NCBI GenBank assembly: GCA_963751345.1
Contig: CAVVUS010000040.1
Location: forward strand, 32,001 to 96,000
DNA from: an uncultured Chloroflexia bacterium
Lineage (GTDB): Bacteria; Chloroflexota; Anaerolineae; B4-G1; SLSP01
Length of the DNA: 64,000 bases
Direction of reading: 5' to 3'
Shown: piece by piece, positions 54,406 through 64,000 of the stretch
How the letters are laid out: the number at the start of each line of letters is the position of its first letter
Numbering within the stretch: the first letter of the stretch is position 1
Notes under the pieces: model-generated
Databases searched by the model: none
The model's input: only the letters and a program-made list of their open reading frames with translations
Told to the model about the DNA's origin: nothing
Made by a program: the position numbers and the translations under genes

Positions 54406-56465
54406 TCAACTACCTTGTCCCGTCTTGATCACCATCACCTGGTTCTTCTGCATGAAGAGCCGACCGCCGGTGACGGTACGCCCCGTGGTCAGATCAATTC
54501 CAGCCGGCACCGAGGGCACGCTGACAACGCGCTCGTTAGCGTTGGTGATGAACCAGAGCTGCTTCTGCTCGTCTTCCCGCAGGGTGACGTGGACGCCCGC
54601 AGGTATTTCCGGCCACAACGGGGCCAGATCCTCCCGCAGCCCTTGCAGGAACGGTATCAAGCCCTCGATGACCGGCTCAGTCAGATAGGTGCCGATGTAG
54701 ACGGCGGCACCCTCACCGGTCTTGCGCCTCGTGGCGGCGCTCTTCAGTTGTAGATGGCGCTCCTCCCACCGGGCGATCGTGTTGGTCCCCGGCAGCGCAT
54801 CGAGGCGCTCGTACCAATACTGCGAGTGCGCTCGGGCGTTGCCCGGGTAGAAACGCAGGGTCAGGGGACGCTGATCGCGCGCGTTCTGGCGTCCGTACTC
54901 AACCACGCGGAAGCCCGTCAGCTTACTCAGGATACCGGGAGGTGTCTCTGCCACAACGTTGTTCTGTAGGTCTTTGGTCGCCGTCCTCGCGCCGATCACG
55001 AGCACGCCCCCGCCCTGGACAAAGGACTCGAGGCCGGGCAGCCATGCCGGGTCGAAAAGGGCCCAATGAGGTATGATATAGACCTTCAGCCCCGACAGGT
55101 CGTCCGACGGATGGACGCAGCCCACGGCATAGCCCTGGTTGAAGAAGGTCGCATGGACCTCTGCGGCGATCTGGTCGGGAGACGGCAGGCCGAAGGATAT
55201 GGCGGCGTGGGCGTCCTCAACGTCGACATCCGCAGCTGCGATGCCCACGTCGACCCGCACGTGCGTGTTCATCACCTCGGATCCGATCGCCTTCAGCTCC
55301 TCCCCGAACTGCTTCACCTCATCGTAGCACCCGCGAGGCACGTTGTCGTGGTCGAGGATACCGCGCCAGTACTCCTCGGCGCCAAAGCGGCACGTGCGCC
55401 AGCGGAAGAAGAGCAGGCTGTCCGCGCCGTGGGCGATCGAGGTATAGGCCATCCGCCGCATCTCACCGGGCTCGGGGGTATCGTGCAGGTAAGGCGCCTG
55501 CCCGCCCGAGCCCGACTGCTGCTCCGGGACCATCAAGTTACCGGTCCACGCGCGGGCGCGGTCGAGGTTGAAGGCCTGGGTGAGGGGGCGGGCGCAGGGA
55601 TCCTTATCGAAGAAAGGGTAGACGTCGTAGCTCAGGAAGTCGAGATCGCGCCCAAACTCGCCCCTATAGTCGATGTGGGCGAAGGTGCCGTTGTGCGTGA
55701 CGAACCAGCGCGGGTCGGCAGCGCGCAGGATCTCCACCTGTTCGTGCTGGAAGCGCGTCGTGGACCACGAGATAAAGCGGTCGTAGTCGAGCAGGTGGGC
55801 CGGGTTGGCGTATGCCGGCTTACCGTTCTTGGGCGTCTGGATCTGGTCGAAGTCGGTGTAGGTCTGGGACCAGAAGACGGTCCCCCAGGCCGCGTTGAGC
55901 GCCTCGATGTCATCGCCGTAGCGCTCGCGCAGAAACGTGCGGAAGGCGGCCTGGCAGGTGTCGCAATGGCACTCGGAGAAGTGGCAGTTCAGCTCGTTGT
56001 CGGTCTGCCATCCGACCACGTGCGGGCTGCCCGCATAGTGATCGGCCATCGCCTGCGTGATCGCGCGCGAGTAGGCGCGGAAGGTCTCGCCGGTGAGGCA
56101 GGCGTGCTGGCGGGAGCCGTGCTGCATCCGCACCCCGTCCGCGTTGACCCGCAGCACCTCCGGGTGCGCCTAGGTCAGCCAGCGCGGCGGCGTAGCCGTG
56201 GGCGTGCCGAGGATCGTATGGATCCCCTGTGCACCCAGCTCGGCGATGACCTCGTCAAAGAGGCTGAAGTCGTACCGCCCCTCCTCCGGCTCAATCACGC
56301 TCCAGGCGAACTCGGCCATGCGGACGCAGTTGAAGCCCGCCTCGGCCATGCGCTGTGCATCCTTCGCCCGATCCTCCGCAGACCAGTGCTCCGGGTAGTA
56401 CGCCGCGCCATACCAGAAACGATCGAGCCCCGTCGGACGTAGATAGGAGTGCCTGGTACTGCCAT
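54406..56465 (-). CDS. GH42 beta-galactosidase; N-terminal frameshift and in-frame TAG at 56170-56172
   Basis: YYPEHW, VRMAEFAW, GTPTATPP, WQTDNE, PEQQSG, FFRWR. Confidence 0.88.
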
Positions 56466-57992
56466 CGCTCCCCCTCCCTTCTCGATGATCTTGCCAAAGA
56501 AGAACGCCTTGTCGTCACGGCGGGTGCCGTTCTCGTCAATGTACCACCAATCGTCCTCGTAGGCCCGCCGGCCCTCGCCGCTCACCCCGGCCAGATCCAC
56601 CTGGCCCTTGCCCGTGACCGGCTCCTTGGCGCCGTCCAGGTCCGGGTCGACGTAGCGGACGAACCAGGCCTCCAACTGGCCCTTCATCTCTGTCACCCGC
56701 GCCCGCTGCGCCGGGTCGTCCACGAGGTTGTGCTCCTCGTCCGGGTCCGCCGCAAGGTCGTAGAGCTCGTTGGGTCCGTACGGATAGCGGTGGACGTATT
56801 TCCACTGCCGGGTGCGGATCATGCGCACCGGTCCATACTCGTCGAAGACGACGACGTGTTCCCGTTCGGGAAGAGCCTCGCCTCGCAGCAGCGGCGCGAA
56901 ACTCCGCCCCGGCAGCGACACAGCGTCGGGGGATTCGACGCCCAGGTAGTCCAGCAGCGTCGGCATGAGGTCATAGTGGCTCAGCAGATGGTCGTCCACG
57001 CACCTCCGGCAGCCGCCGGGCATCGCCATCAGCGTCGGCACCTTGACCGAGGTATCGTACATGTTCTGCGGGAAGGTGCCGTTGCCCTTGCCCCAGATCC
57101 CGTGGTGCCCCATGTTCATCCCGTTGTCGCTGGTGAAGACGATCAACGTGTTCTCCAGCACGCCCATCGACGTCAGCCTGTCCAGAATCTGGCCGACACC
57201 GCGATCGACGCCCGTGATCGCGGCGTAGTAGCCGCTCAAGAGCTCGTGCCGCCGCGGCCCTCTTCCCCGCGGAGCGCTGTTGATCTGCCAGGGGTGCCCG
57301 CCAGGCACCTCAGGACACGTGTCGAAGGGACAGTCGGCGTAGAGGGAGACTAACTCCTCCGGATGCTCACCCCTATCCCACGGAGAGTGCGGCGCCGTGT
57401 AGTGGACGCTCAAGTAGAAAGGCGCATCCTCCTCGGCCTGTGCATCCAGGAACCTCAGCCCGCCCTCCGTGATCACATCCGTGAGGTAGCGAGTGTCACG
57501 CTCGATGCGTCCCTCGCGGATGAAGTAGCCGTTGTGGTAGCTGCCGCCACCATAGGGGAAGAGATGCCAGTAGGAGAACCCCTTCTGCGGGTTGAGGCTA
57601 TCACCCAGATGCCATTTGCCGCTGATACCACAGGCGTAGCCGTTAGCCGCCAACACCTCCGTGTAGGCAGGCATCCCTTGCAGGTACTCGATCTCCCGGT
57701 CATCGCCTGACCCCAGCCCCGGTGTCCGCTCCCCGATCAGATTGCCCTTGCGGAGCCAATCGTGCACGCCGTGTTGGGAGGGAATCCGCCCGGTGAGAAT
57801 CGACGCACGCGCAGGCGAGCAGACAGGGGAGGCGCAAAAGAAGCTTTCAAAGCGCATCCCCATTGCCGCGATACGATCCAGGTTCGGTGTCTGCACCTCG
57901 TTATTGCCGGCACTTCCCAACGCCCAATATCCCTGGTCGTCAGTGAGCACGAAAACGATATTCGGCCTCTCGGGATCTCGACTGCCACGCAC
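56295..57992 (-). CDS. Formylglycine-dependent sulfatase (true 3' end probably near 56470)
   Basis: PNIVFVLTDDQG, CSPARASILTG, GKWHLG, TSDNG, ELYDL. Confidence 0.92.
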   Translation of the reverse strand: MRGSRDPERPNIVFVLTDDQGYWALGSAGNNEVQTPNLDRIAAMGMRFESFFCASPVCSPARASILTGRIPSQHGVHDWLRKGNLIGERTPGLGSGDDREIEYLQGMPAYTEVLAANGYACGISGKWHLGDSLNPQKGFSYWHLFPYGGGSYHNGYFIREGRIERDTRYLTDVITEGGLRFLDAQAEEDAPFYLSVHYTAPHSPWDRGEHPEELVSLYADCPFDTCPEVPGGHPWQINSAPRGRGPRRHELLSGYYAAITGVDRGVGQILDRLTSMGVLENTLIVFTSDNGMNMGHHGIWGKGNGTFPQNMYDTSVKVPTLMAMPGGCRRCVDDHLLSHYDLMPTLLDYLGVESPDAVSLPGRSFAPLLRGEALPEREHVVVFDEYGPVRMIRTRQWKYVHRYPYGPNELYDLAADPDEEHNLVDDPAQRARVTEMKGQLEAWFVRYVDPDLDGAKEPVTGKGQVDLAGVSGEGRRAYEDDWWYIDENGTRRDDKAFFFGKIIEKGGGAMAVPGTPIYVRRGSIVSGMARRTTRSTGLRRIGRRMHSAWPRRASTASAWPSSPGA

Positions 57993-58019
57993 ACCTCCTT
58001 ATACCGGCAGCAACCGGGG

Positions 58020-58921
58020 TCAATCCTCCACTAACAGCGTATTCGTCCAGGCGCGCCTACCCACGCCGTCCTCGATCTCAATGTAGGCATAGGGCCAGTC
58101 CTCCGGCAATGCAAAACTCGCCTGCTGCAGTGTGCTGCCGTCGAAGCTGCCCAGGCGCTGCCCCTGCGAGCGCGGGCCTACCAGCCGGACGAAGCTCACG
58201 GGCGATGTCTCGATGGACACCTGACCGTCGTCGACCCTGATCTCGTGAAAGGTAGGGCCCGTGGTGCTGTAGAAGCGGCCCGCACGCAGGCTTGCCATGA
58301 TAGCCTCCGCGGTCACCGAGGGCGCCTGGACCATGACCCAGCCCCCGTTCCAACCGGGATGGGAGGTTGTGATGTGGGCATCGTCGGACGCGAACGCCAG
58401 CGTACGCGGTGCCTCCTTGAGCATCATCTCCCAATACGGGCGCCCGTCCCCCTTCCCGTTCAGCCATTGGCAGACGTAGTTGTAGATCTCCACGCCATCA
58501 AATCCCCATCTGACCGTTTCCGCACAGGAGTTCCCGGTCCAGTAAGGGTGTGCAAGGATGAGCAAACCGCCCTGGGCGCGCACAGCGGCGAGCGCGTCGG
58601 GGAATCCCATCTGCCTCTGTATACCGGTGAAGGCCCCCAGACAGACGACGTGATAATAGCCGCTGTGCTCGTCGAATCCGTCCAGCTCGATACCGTCGAG
58701 CCAGAGCAGGGGCTGTCTGCACCACCGCCGCCCAGCAGCACGGAAGACGAGGCCCAGTGATCCGTCCGAAACAGGAAGTCATAGCCGGCACCGCTATAGG
58801 CCCGCTCGAGCTCCGCGAAAGTCAGCCCCCCATCCGAGACCGTGCTGTGAATGTGCGTGTTCCCCTTGTACCAGTTGCCCTCTGACAGATAGCGCGGCGA
58901 CGCCTGCCGTTCCCCGCTCAC
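58020..58921 (-). CDS. PHP-like (CehA/McbA-type) metallohydrolase; frameshifted
   Basis: WYKGNTHIHSTVSDG, TDH, LAHPYW, GVEIYN, SDDAH. Confidence 0.8.
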
Positions 58922-59913
58922 CGCGTCGCCTCGTTGCGCCAAGGGTCTGCCGCCAGGAACGCATGGAGCATCGCCCTCTTCTTCTCGACATCCACGCCGA
59001 TCGCGTGTCCGGCACCGTAGTCGATCAAGATGAACCCTCCGTCTGGCGTCGCCCACCGATCCAGCAACAACTCGGCCTCCTCACGGATCTCGTCTGCGCC
59101 CTTGAACGGCAGCGTATGCTGGATGTCGCAGAGCGAGGCAAAGCAGATCCGTCCGCGGAACCGCTCGCCGATGTCCTCGATGCCCAATGCCCTTGGCTGT
59201 TGTAGTTCGATGATGTCCAGCCCGATGTCGATCAAGCTCTCGATGATGCCATTGACCTTGCCGCAGGAGTGCATCCACACGTGCCAGCCAAGGTCGTGGA
59301 CTGCGTCGAAGATCCGTTTGTAGCGAGGCTTGAAAAAGGCATCCCACATCGTGGGCCGGACGAAGACATTCTGTTGCGTACCCCAGTCATCGGTGAAGGT
59401 GAAGCCGTGGATGCGATCGCCGAAGCGCGAAGCGATGTTCTCGATGATGCGCAGATCAACCTCGACGATGCGGTCAGCCAGCGCTGCGATACGTTCGGGC
59501 TCCAGATAGAGATCGGTGAGCGTGGCCTCGAACCCGTGCAGCGCGTGCATCCGCTCGAAAAGAAGCATGAAGATGCTCGTGGCCACGTACTGGCCCTCGC
59601 TGCCCTCGAAACGTGCCGCCATCCCCTCATAGAAAGCCGGATCGTCAGGATCGGGCCATGCGTAGTTCTCCCAGGACGCCCAGTCGGCTAGCGGATGTCC
59701 CTTCACCTGGCCCATGTTGTCCATCTCCGAGCGCGCCCAGGTGCACCCCCATTCGTCCACCGTCTCGCGGTAGCGATGGTCGCCGGTCCCGATCTGGTTC
59801 CAGCCGACAAAGTGCACGTCGTCGACGCCGAGCGCCTCGAGGTGCAGCGGCAGGCGATCCGGCCGTCGGAACTCGATGGCGCGGGTCATGACTTCGTAGG
59901 ACGACATAGCCAT
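58918..59913 (-). CDS. Uroporphyrinogen decarboxylase/MtaA-like family protein
   Basis: DEWGCTW, TDDWGTQ, MHSCG, DIQHTLP, GGFI; AAGGAGG RBS. Confidence 0.85.
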   Translation of the reverse strand: MAMSSYEVMTRAIEFRRPDRLPLHLEALGVDDVHFVGWNQIGTGDHRYRETVDEWGCTWARSEMDNMGQVKGHPLADWASWENYAWPDPDDPAFYEGMAARFEGSEGQYVATSIFMLLFERMHALHGFEATLTDLYLEPERIAALADRIVEVDLRIIENIASRFGDRIHGFTFTDDWGTQQNVFVRPTMWDAFFKPRYKRIFDAVHDLGWHVWMHSCGKVNGIIESLIDIGLDIIELQQPRALGIEDIGERFRGRICFASLCDIQHTLPFKGADEIREEAELLLDRWATPDGGFILIDYGAGHAIGVDVEKKRAMLHAFLAADPWRNEATR

Positions 59914-59966
59914 AGGTTGCCTCCTTGGATCGTTGATAGGATGGAAGCGGTCAGCGTTCAGCGCTG

Positions 59967-60026
59967 AGACCTTTGGGGTTTCCTTCTCAAGCAACCACCT
60001 ACTGGACAAGGAAACCCCAAAGGTCT
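59967..60026. repeat. Perfect 19-bp inverted repeat with 22-nt spacer
   Basis: AGACCTTTGGGGTTTCCTT ... AAGGAAACCCCAAAGGTCT. Confidence 0.85.
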
Positions 60027-60030
60027 TCCG

Positions 60031-61174
60031 CTACGCGGCGGCTCGCTCCGCCCAGTCGTTAAACGCGTCGAGCATCGCCAGGAAATTGTCGTACTTCGTA
60101 CCGACGGCCACAGAGTGCGTCGTGCCGAAGATGTAGCCGCTGCCGGGCGCACCGGCGCGCATCGCCTCCGCCACGTCATGGCGCACATCCTCGGGCGTCC
60201 CGGAAACCAGGTTTTCAACACTAGCCCCACCCCAGAGCGCCAGCCTATTGCCATATCGCGCTTTGACCTGGGCCATGTCCATACTTGCCGAGGCCTGGAT
60301 CGATTGGTACGCATCGTACCCCGCCTCGACGAACATGTCGAGCAGCGCCCAGTTGTTTCCACACGCATGCTTGAGCACGCGCAGCCCGTGCGACTTGACG
60401 CTCGCCACCCGCTCCTTGATCGACGGGAGGCAGACGCTGCGGAACATGCGCGGCGAAATGAACGGGCCCGCCGTCGCGGCAAAGTCCGTGCCCCAGAGGA
60501 CGCCATCCGTGCCGGGCCTGATCATCCACGGGTCCTCAAGATTGCCGAGTCGCGTGGCCTGCGCAATGGCCGCGGACACGACCTCAGGCTGAAGCGCGTA
60601 CATCATCAGGCCGTGCTCCATCCCACCCAGCAGGATCATTCCCGCCTCGCCACCGCTCGGGCCGAGGATAAAGTGGCTGTCGCCGAGCGCCTCGACGATC
60701 GGATCGACCGCCTCGAAGATCGAGGGGTCCGGCGGCACCGGGTCCACGTCGAGCGGGAAGTCTTCGCGGCAAGTGAGGCTCGGGCTGCGCCACGAGCGTC
60801 AGATCGGCGGTGACGTCCGAGTACTTCCACACCCGGCCGTGCGTCCGCCGCCCACGTGTTGGCGTCGATCCGGCGGACACTGTCGGGCACGTAATCCGCG
60901 GCGGGGCGACGCTGCTTGCCATCGCGCTCACGTTGACGACGTCGATGACGTCGAGCTTGCGATAGAGCTCGATCGTGTCCTCTTTCCAGCTCTGGACCAC
61001 CTCGTCGCGCCGGCCCTCCCAGAACGCGATCTGGCACTTCGCCTTCGCGCGCAGGTAGGTCTCGTGGCCCAGGATCCGCTCGACCGTGTCGAAGTCGATG
61101 GCGAAGAACCCGATCGGCACGCGGTCGACCGGCTCGTGGGCCAGCGCCCGCTGTACGCGCTCCTTACCGTTCAT
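60031..61174 (-). CDS. Uroporphyrinogen decarboxylase/MtaA-like family protein; frameshifted
   Basis: MNGKERV..DRVP, KHACGN, LWGG, GYIFGTTHSV. Confidence 0.8.
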
Positions 61175-61177
61175 AGG

Positions 61178-62728
61178 TCAACTCGCATCTCCCGAGCTAG
61201 ATTGGTCCAATCTTCGGAAGATTGGACCAATCTTACTCTCTTGGCAATCCCCTAGATACCCCTGCATCAGCGGCCACAGATTCTGGTACGCGCCGTACCA
61301 CTCCGCGTACGCCGCGTGGACCGCCATGTCAGGCTCGAACGTCCGCTCCAGCTTGACCATCGCCTCGACGGCCTCCGAATACGCGCCGAACTGACCGCTG
61401 CCGACGCCCGCGATGATCGCCGCGCCGAGCGCCCCGGCCTCGGTGACGACCGGCCGCGTCAACGGGCGCCCCAGGATGTCGGCCCAGAGCTGGACCCAGG
61501 CGTCCGACTTGCTGCCGCCGCCCACCGCGCGGAACTCGTCGATGGCGATGCCGGTCCGGGCAGCCGGTCGACCACCGACGCAGGTAGAAGGTGGCCCCCT
61601 CCACGATCCCCTTGAGGATCGCGCCGCGCGGCGTCTCCAGCCGCAGCCCGACGATCACACCCGACGAATCGGCGACGAAGTCGGGCGGCCCGGTGGTCGT
61701 GAAATGCGGCAGCACCACGAGCCCGCTGGGGCCGTCGGGCAGCTCGGCAAAGAGCGCGGGGTAGACGTCCTCCCCGCGCTCCTGGCCCGGCGGTGCTCCT
61801 CGGCGGCGAAGGTGTCCCGGTACCACTTGACCAGCGACCCGCCCTGGTTGTAGATAAAGGTGACGTAGGCCCCCGGCACCGCGTGGTGCTCGGTGTTGAG
61901 ACCGCACGCGATCATCGCCCCGGCCGGGACGCCCCGCGGCGACGGGCGTGATGCATATGAAGGTGCCCATGCCGTAGGTCGCGCGGCCCTCCTCGATCAC
62001 GCCGCAGCCAACGGCGTTGGCGCACTGGTCGTGCGCGCCCGCGACGATGACCACGCCCCCCGGCAGCCCCAGCTCCTCCGCCACGTGGGCCGAGACCGTG
62101 CCGATGGCGGTTCCCGAGGGACGACGCGTGGCAGCTTGTCGCGGTCGAGCCCCGCCCAGTCCAGGAGTGCCTCGGACCAGTCCACGGTTCGAGGTCGAGG
62201 AGCAGCGTCCGGTTCGCAAGCGAGCGTCGACCGCGGCGTCGGCGCCCAGCATGGCGGTCACGAAGCTGCCCCAGAGAGAAACTTGTGCGTCCGCTCGTAG
62301 ACCTCGGGCCGGTGGTCCCGAATCCACATCAGCTTGGTCAGCCCGTAGTGGTTGCCGAGCGTGTTGCCGTTGATCCGGTAGAGCGCCACCGGCGCCATCG
62401 CGGGGGTGAGCTCGCCCAGGTAATCCTGCCCGCGCACGTCGAAGTTGAGGATCGAAGGGGCGAGGATCTCGTGTCCCTCCGACACGGCCACGACCGCCTC
62501 GCCCAGCGACGAGACGGAGACGGCGCGGATGGGTCGGCTCCGTCGCCGACGCCACCTGGCGGATCGCGGATTCGTCTTCGCCCAGACTCGACCGCGTCCA
62601 GCTCGGCCCATCCCGGCTGGGGATGGCGATGTCGTACTCGCGGTAGGCCGACGCCAGGAGCCGCCATCGACCGAGAAACAGGCGACCTTGCAGCCCGTGG
62701 TGCCGACGTCGATGCCCAGGATGCTCAT
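61178..62728 (-). CDS. FGGY-family sugar kinase (xylulokinase-like); multiple frameshifts
   Basis: LGIDVGTTGCK, GAHDQ, GGGSKS, EAGALGAA. Confidence 0.82.
61199..61233. repeat. Doubled 15-bp palindrome
   Basis: AGATTGGTCCAATCT-tcgga-AGATTGGACCAATCT. Confidence 0.85.
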
Positions 62729-62732
62729 ACGA

Positions 62733-63648
62733 TCACCCCAGGATCCGCCTGCCGACCCGGCGATGCCGTAGTAGTCGCGGATCAGCCACGTGGTGCGCTC
62801 GTAGACGGCCGTCTTGCCCGCCTCCAACCCGCCCGTGCGGAGCCCTTCCTCGAAGGCCTGGCGGATCTCCGTCGCCACGTTGACCTTGGCGATGCCTCCC
62901 TCGATCGCCGCAAGAACGTCCTCCCGCAGGACGCCCGAGCCGCCGTGCAAGACCAGCGGCACGCCGGTCGCCGCCTGAGCCGAGCCAGGTGATCCAGGTT
63001 GAGGTGCGCCTGGGTCTTTTTCCGATCCCTGAACGCCTTGGACACCGCGCCGTGAACGTTGCCCACCGCCACCGAGAGCCAATCGCAGCCGGTCTCCGCC
63101 ACGAACCGCGCCGCCTCGTCCACGTCGGTGAAGCCCAGGCCCGAGGCGAAGAGCTCCTCATAGGGCGGCAGCGGGCCTGCACCAGAGTGCAGGCGCGCGC
63201 CCTCGCGCAGGATCGCGCCCAACTCTGCCTCGCACGGGATCCCCGCCGCGTGCGCCATCTCGGCGACCTCGCGCGTCGCCGCGATGTTCCCCTCCAGGTC
63301 GAGCCGCGACCCGTCGATCATCACCGAGTCGTAGCCCAGCGAGATCGCCCGGCGCACGATCGGCGCGTAGTCGACCGCCAGGTCGTCCTCGTCGACCACC
63401 GGCACGTGGTCCAGATGCAGCCGCACGTGGTCGGGGTCGCCGAAGCGCGCGAACGCCTCCTGCACCGCGGCGGGGCCGTAGCACTCGAACCGCTGCCACT
63501 CGATCCGCGCCGTCTCGATCAGGGCGAAGGCGTCCTGATCGACCACCGCGCGCACGATAGGCTCCAGCATCGGCAGGTGGGGCACGTTGAAGGCGGGCAC
63601 CATCGTCCCCGCCTCCCACGCCGCCCGAACGATATCGTTGTCAACCAT
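62733..63648 (-). CDS. Class II fructose/tagatose-bisphosphate aldolase family; C-terminal frameshift
   Basis: PAFN, LHLDH, SVMIDGS, EAELG, AVGNVHG, LVLHGGSG, KVNVAT. Confidence 0.88.
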
Positions 63649-63683
63649 GGTCCATCCTTTCTGTTACTCCCCCTCCTGGCGGG

Positions 63684-63719
63684 GGATTGGTCCCCTCCTC
63701 GAAGATTGGACCAATCTTC
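63684..63719. repeat. Second locus of the GATTGGWCCAATC palindrome family
   Basis: GAAGATTGGACCAATCTTC at 63701-63719 preceded by degenerate GGATTGGTCCCCTC. Confidence 0.75.
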
Positions 63720-64000
63720 CTCCTGCGGCGCGCTGACCTCGAAGCCCAGGTAGTGCCCCAGCGCCTCCCGCACCGGGGCCATCACGTGCCCCGGCGTGAG
63801 GCTGACGTGGTGACGGTATCCCTCATACCCGATGTGGAGCAGCACGTCCTGCAGCCGCGGGATCGCCGCGACACCCGCGCAGCCGAAGAACTCGTCAGGG
63901 ATGGTGTCCTCGGTGAAGGCCCCTTCGCCCAGGTAAAAGCGCAGCCCCCCCCTCGGTCATCATGCTGGCAAAGGTGAAGTCGAACGGCGCGATCCGGCCC
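63700..64000 (-). CDS. L-fucose/L-arabinose isomerase family protein, C-terminal part (5' end beyond the window; 3' end approximate)
   Basis: YLGEGAFTEDTIPDEFFGCAGVAAIPRLQDVL..GYRHHV..EALGHYLGF. Confidence 0.75.

Noticed and set aside
54371-54410. Short GTTGYC-type iterations after the GH42 stop
   Set aside because: Too short and degenerate to call a repeat or a terminator.
56170-56172. In-frame TAG in GH42 as pyrrolysine or amber recoding
   Set aside because: Many genes here end in TAG, no pyl genes are seen, and the region is error-rich; a base error or nonsense mutation is likelier.

Overview
High-GC bacterial chromosomal window. Gene content (fused GlyQS, rpmH-rnpA-yidD-[beta-propeller]-yidC-jag-parA, SEDS-PBP fusion, several UroD-like proteins, nested intergenic palindromes) suggests Chloroflexota/Anaerolineae; this is an inference. 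Many genes, including essential ones (pyrG, glyQS), carry frameshifts, most likely long-read indel errors, so several coordinates are approximate. Left to right: a large secreted beta-helix/DUF11-like protein (runs off the left edge); an IMPase-like gene divergent from kdgK-eda-uroD-like; ppgK; an RRM protein; pyrG; recO-glyQS-nitrilase-HAD-DUF2156; ligA; mtnP plus a SEDS-PBP fusion; an orphan response regulator plus a NACHT-like/HEAT protein; the rpmH-yidC-parA cluster without dnaA; an ADH; an M23/SH3/GH hydrolase followed by a Roco (LRR-Roc-COR) protein with an EAD-like tail; rsgA; two aldo-keto reductases; an alpha-2-macroglobulin; a class III RNR locus; and a sugar-catabolic cluster running off the right edge. 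The strongest candidates for novelty are: (1) a class III RNR whose glycyl-radical motif is on a separate 59-aa gene absent from the ORF track; (2) an alpha-2-macroglobulin with about six TM helices inserted next to its bait region; (3) a SEDS protein fused to a transpeptidase lacking all three catalytic motifs; (4) a Roco-EAD gene directly behind a wall-hydrolase-like gene. No rRNA, tRNA, CRISPR array or transposase was recognised.
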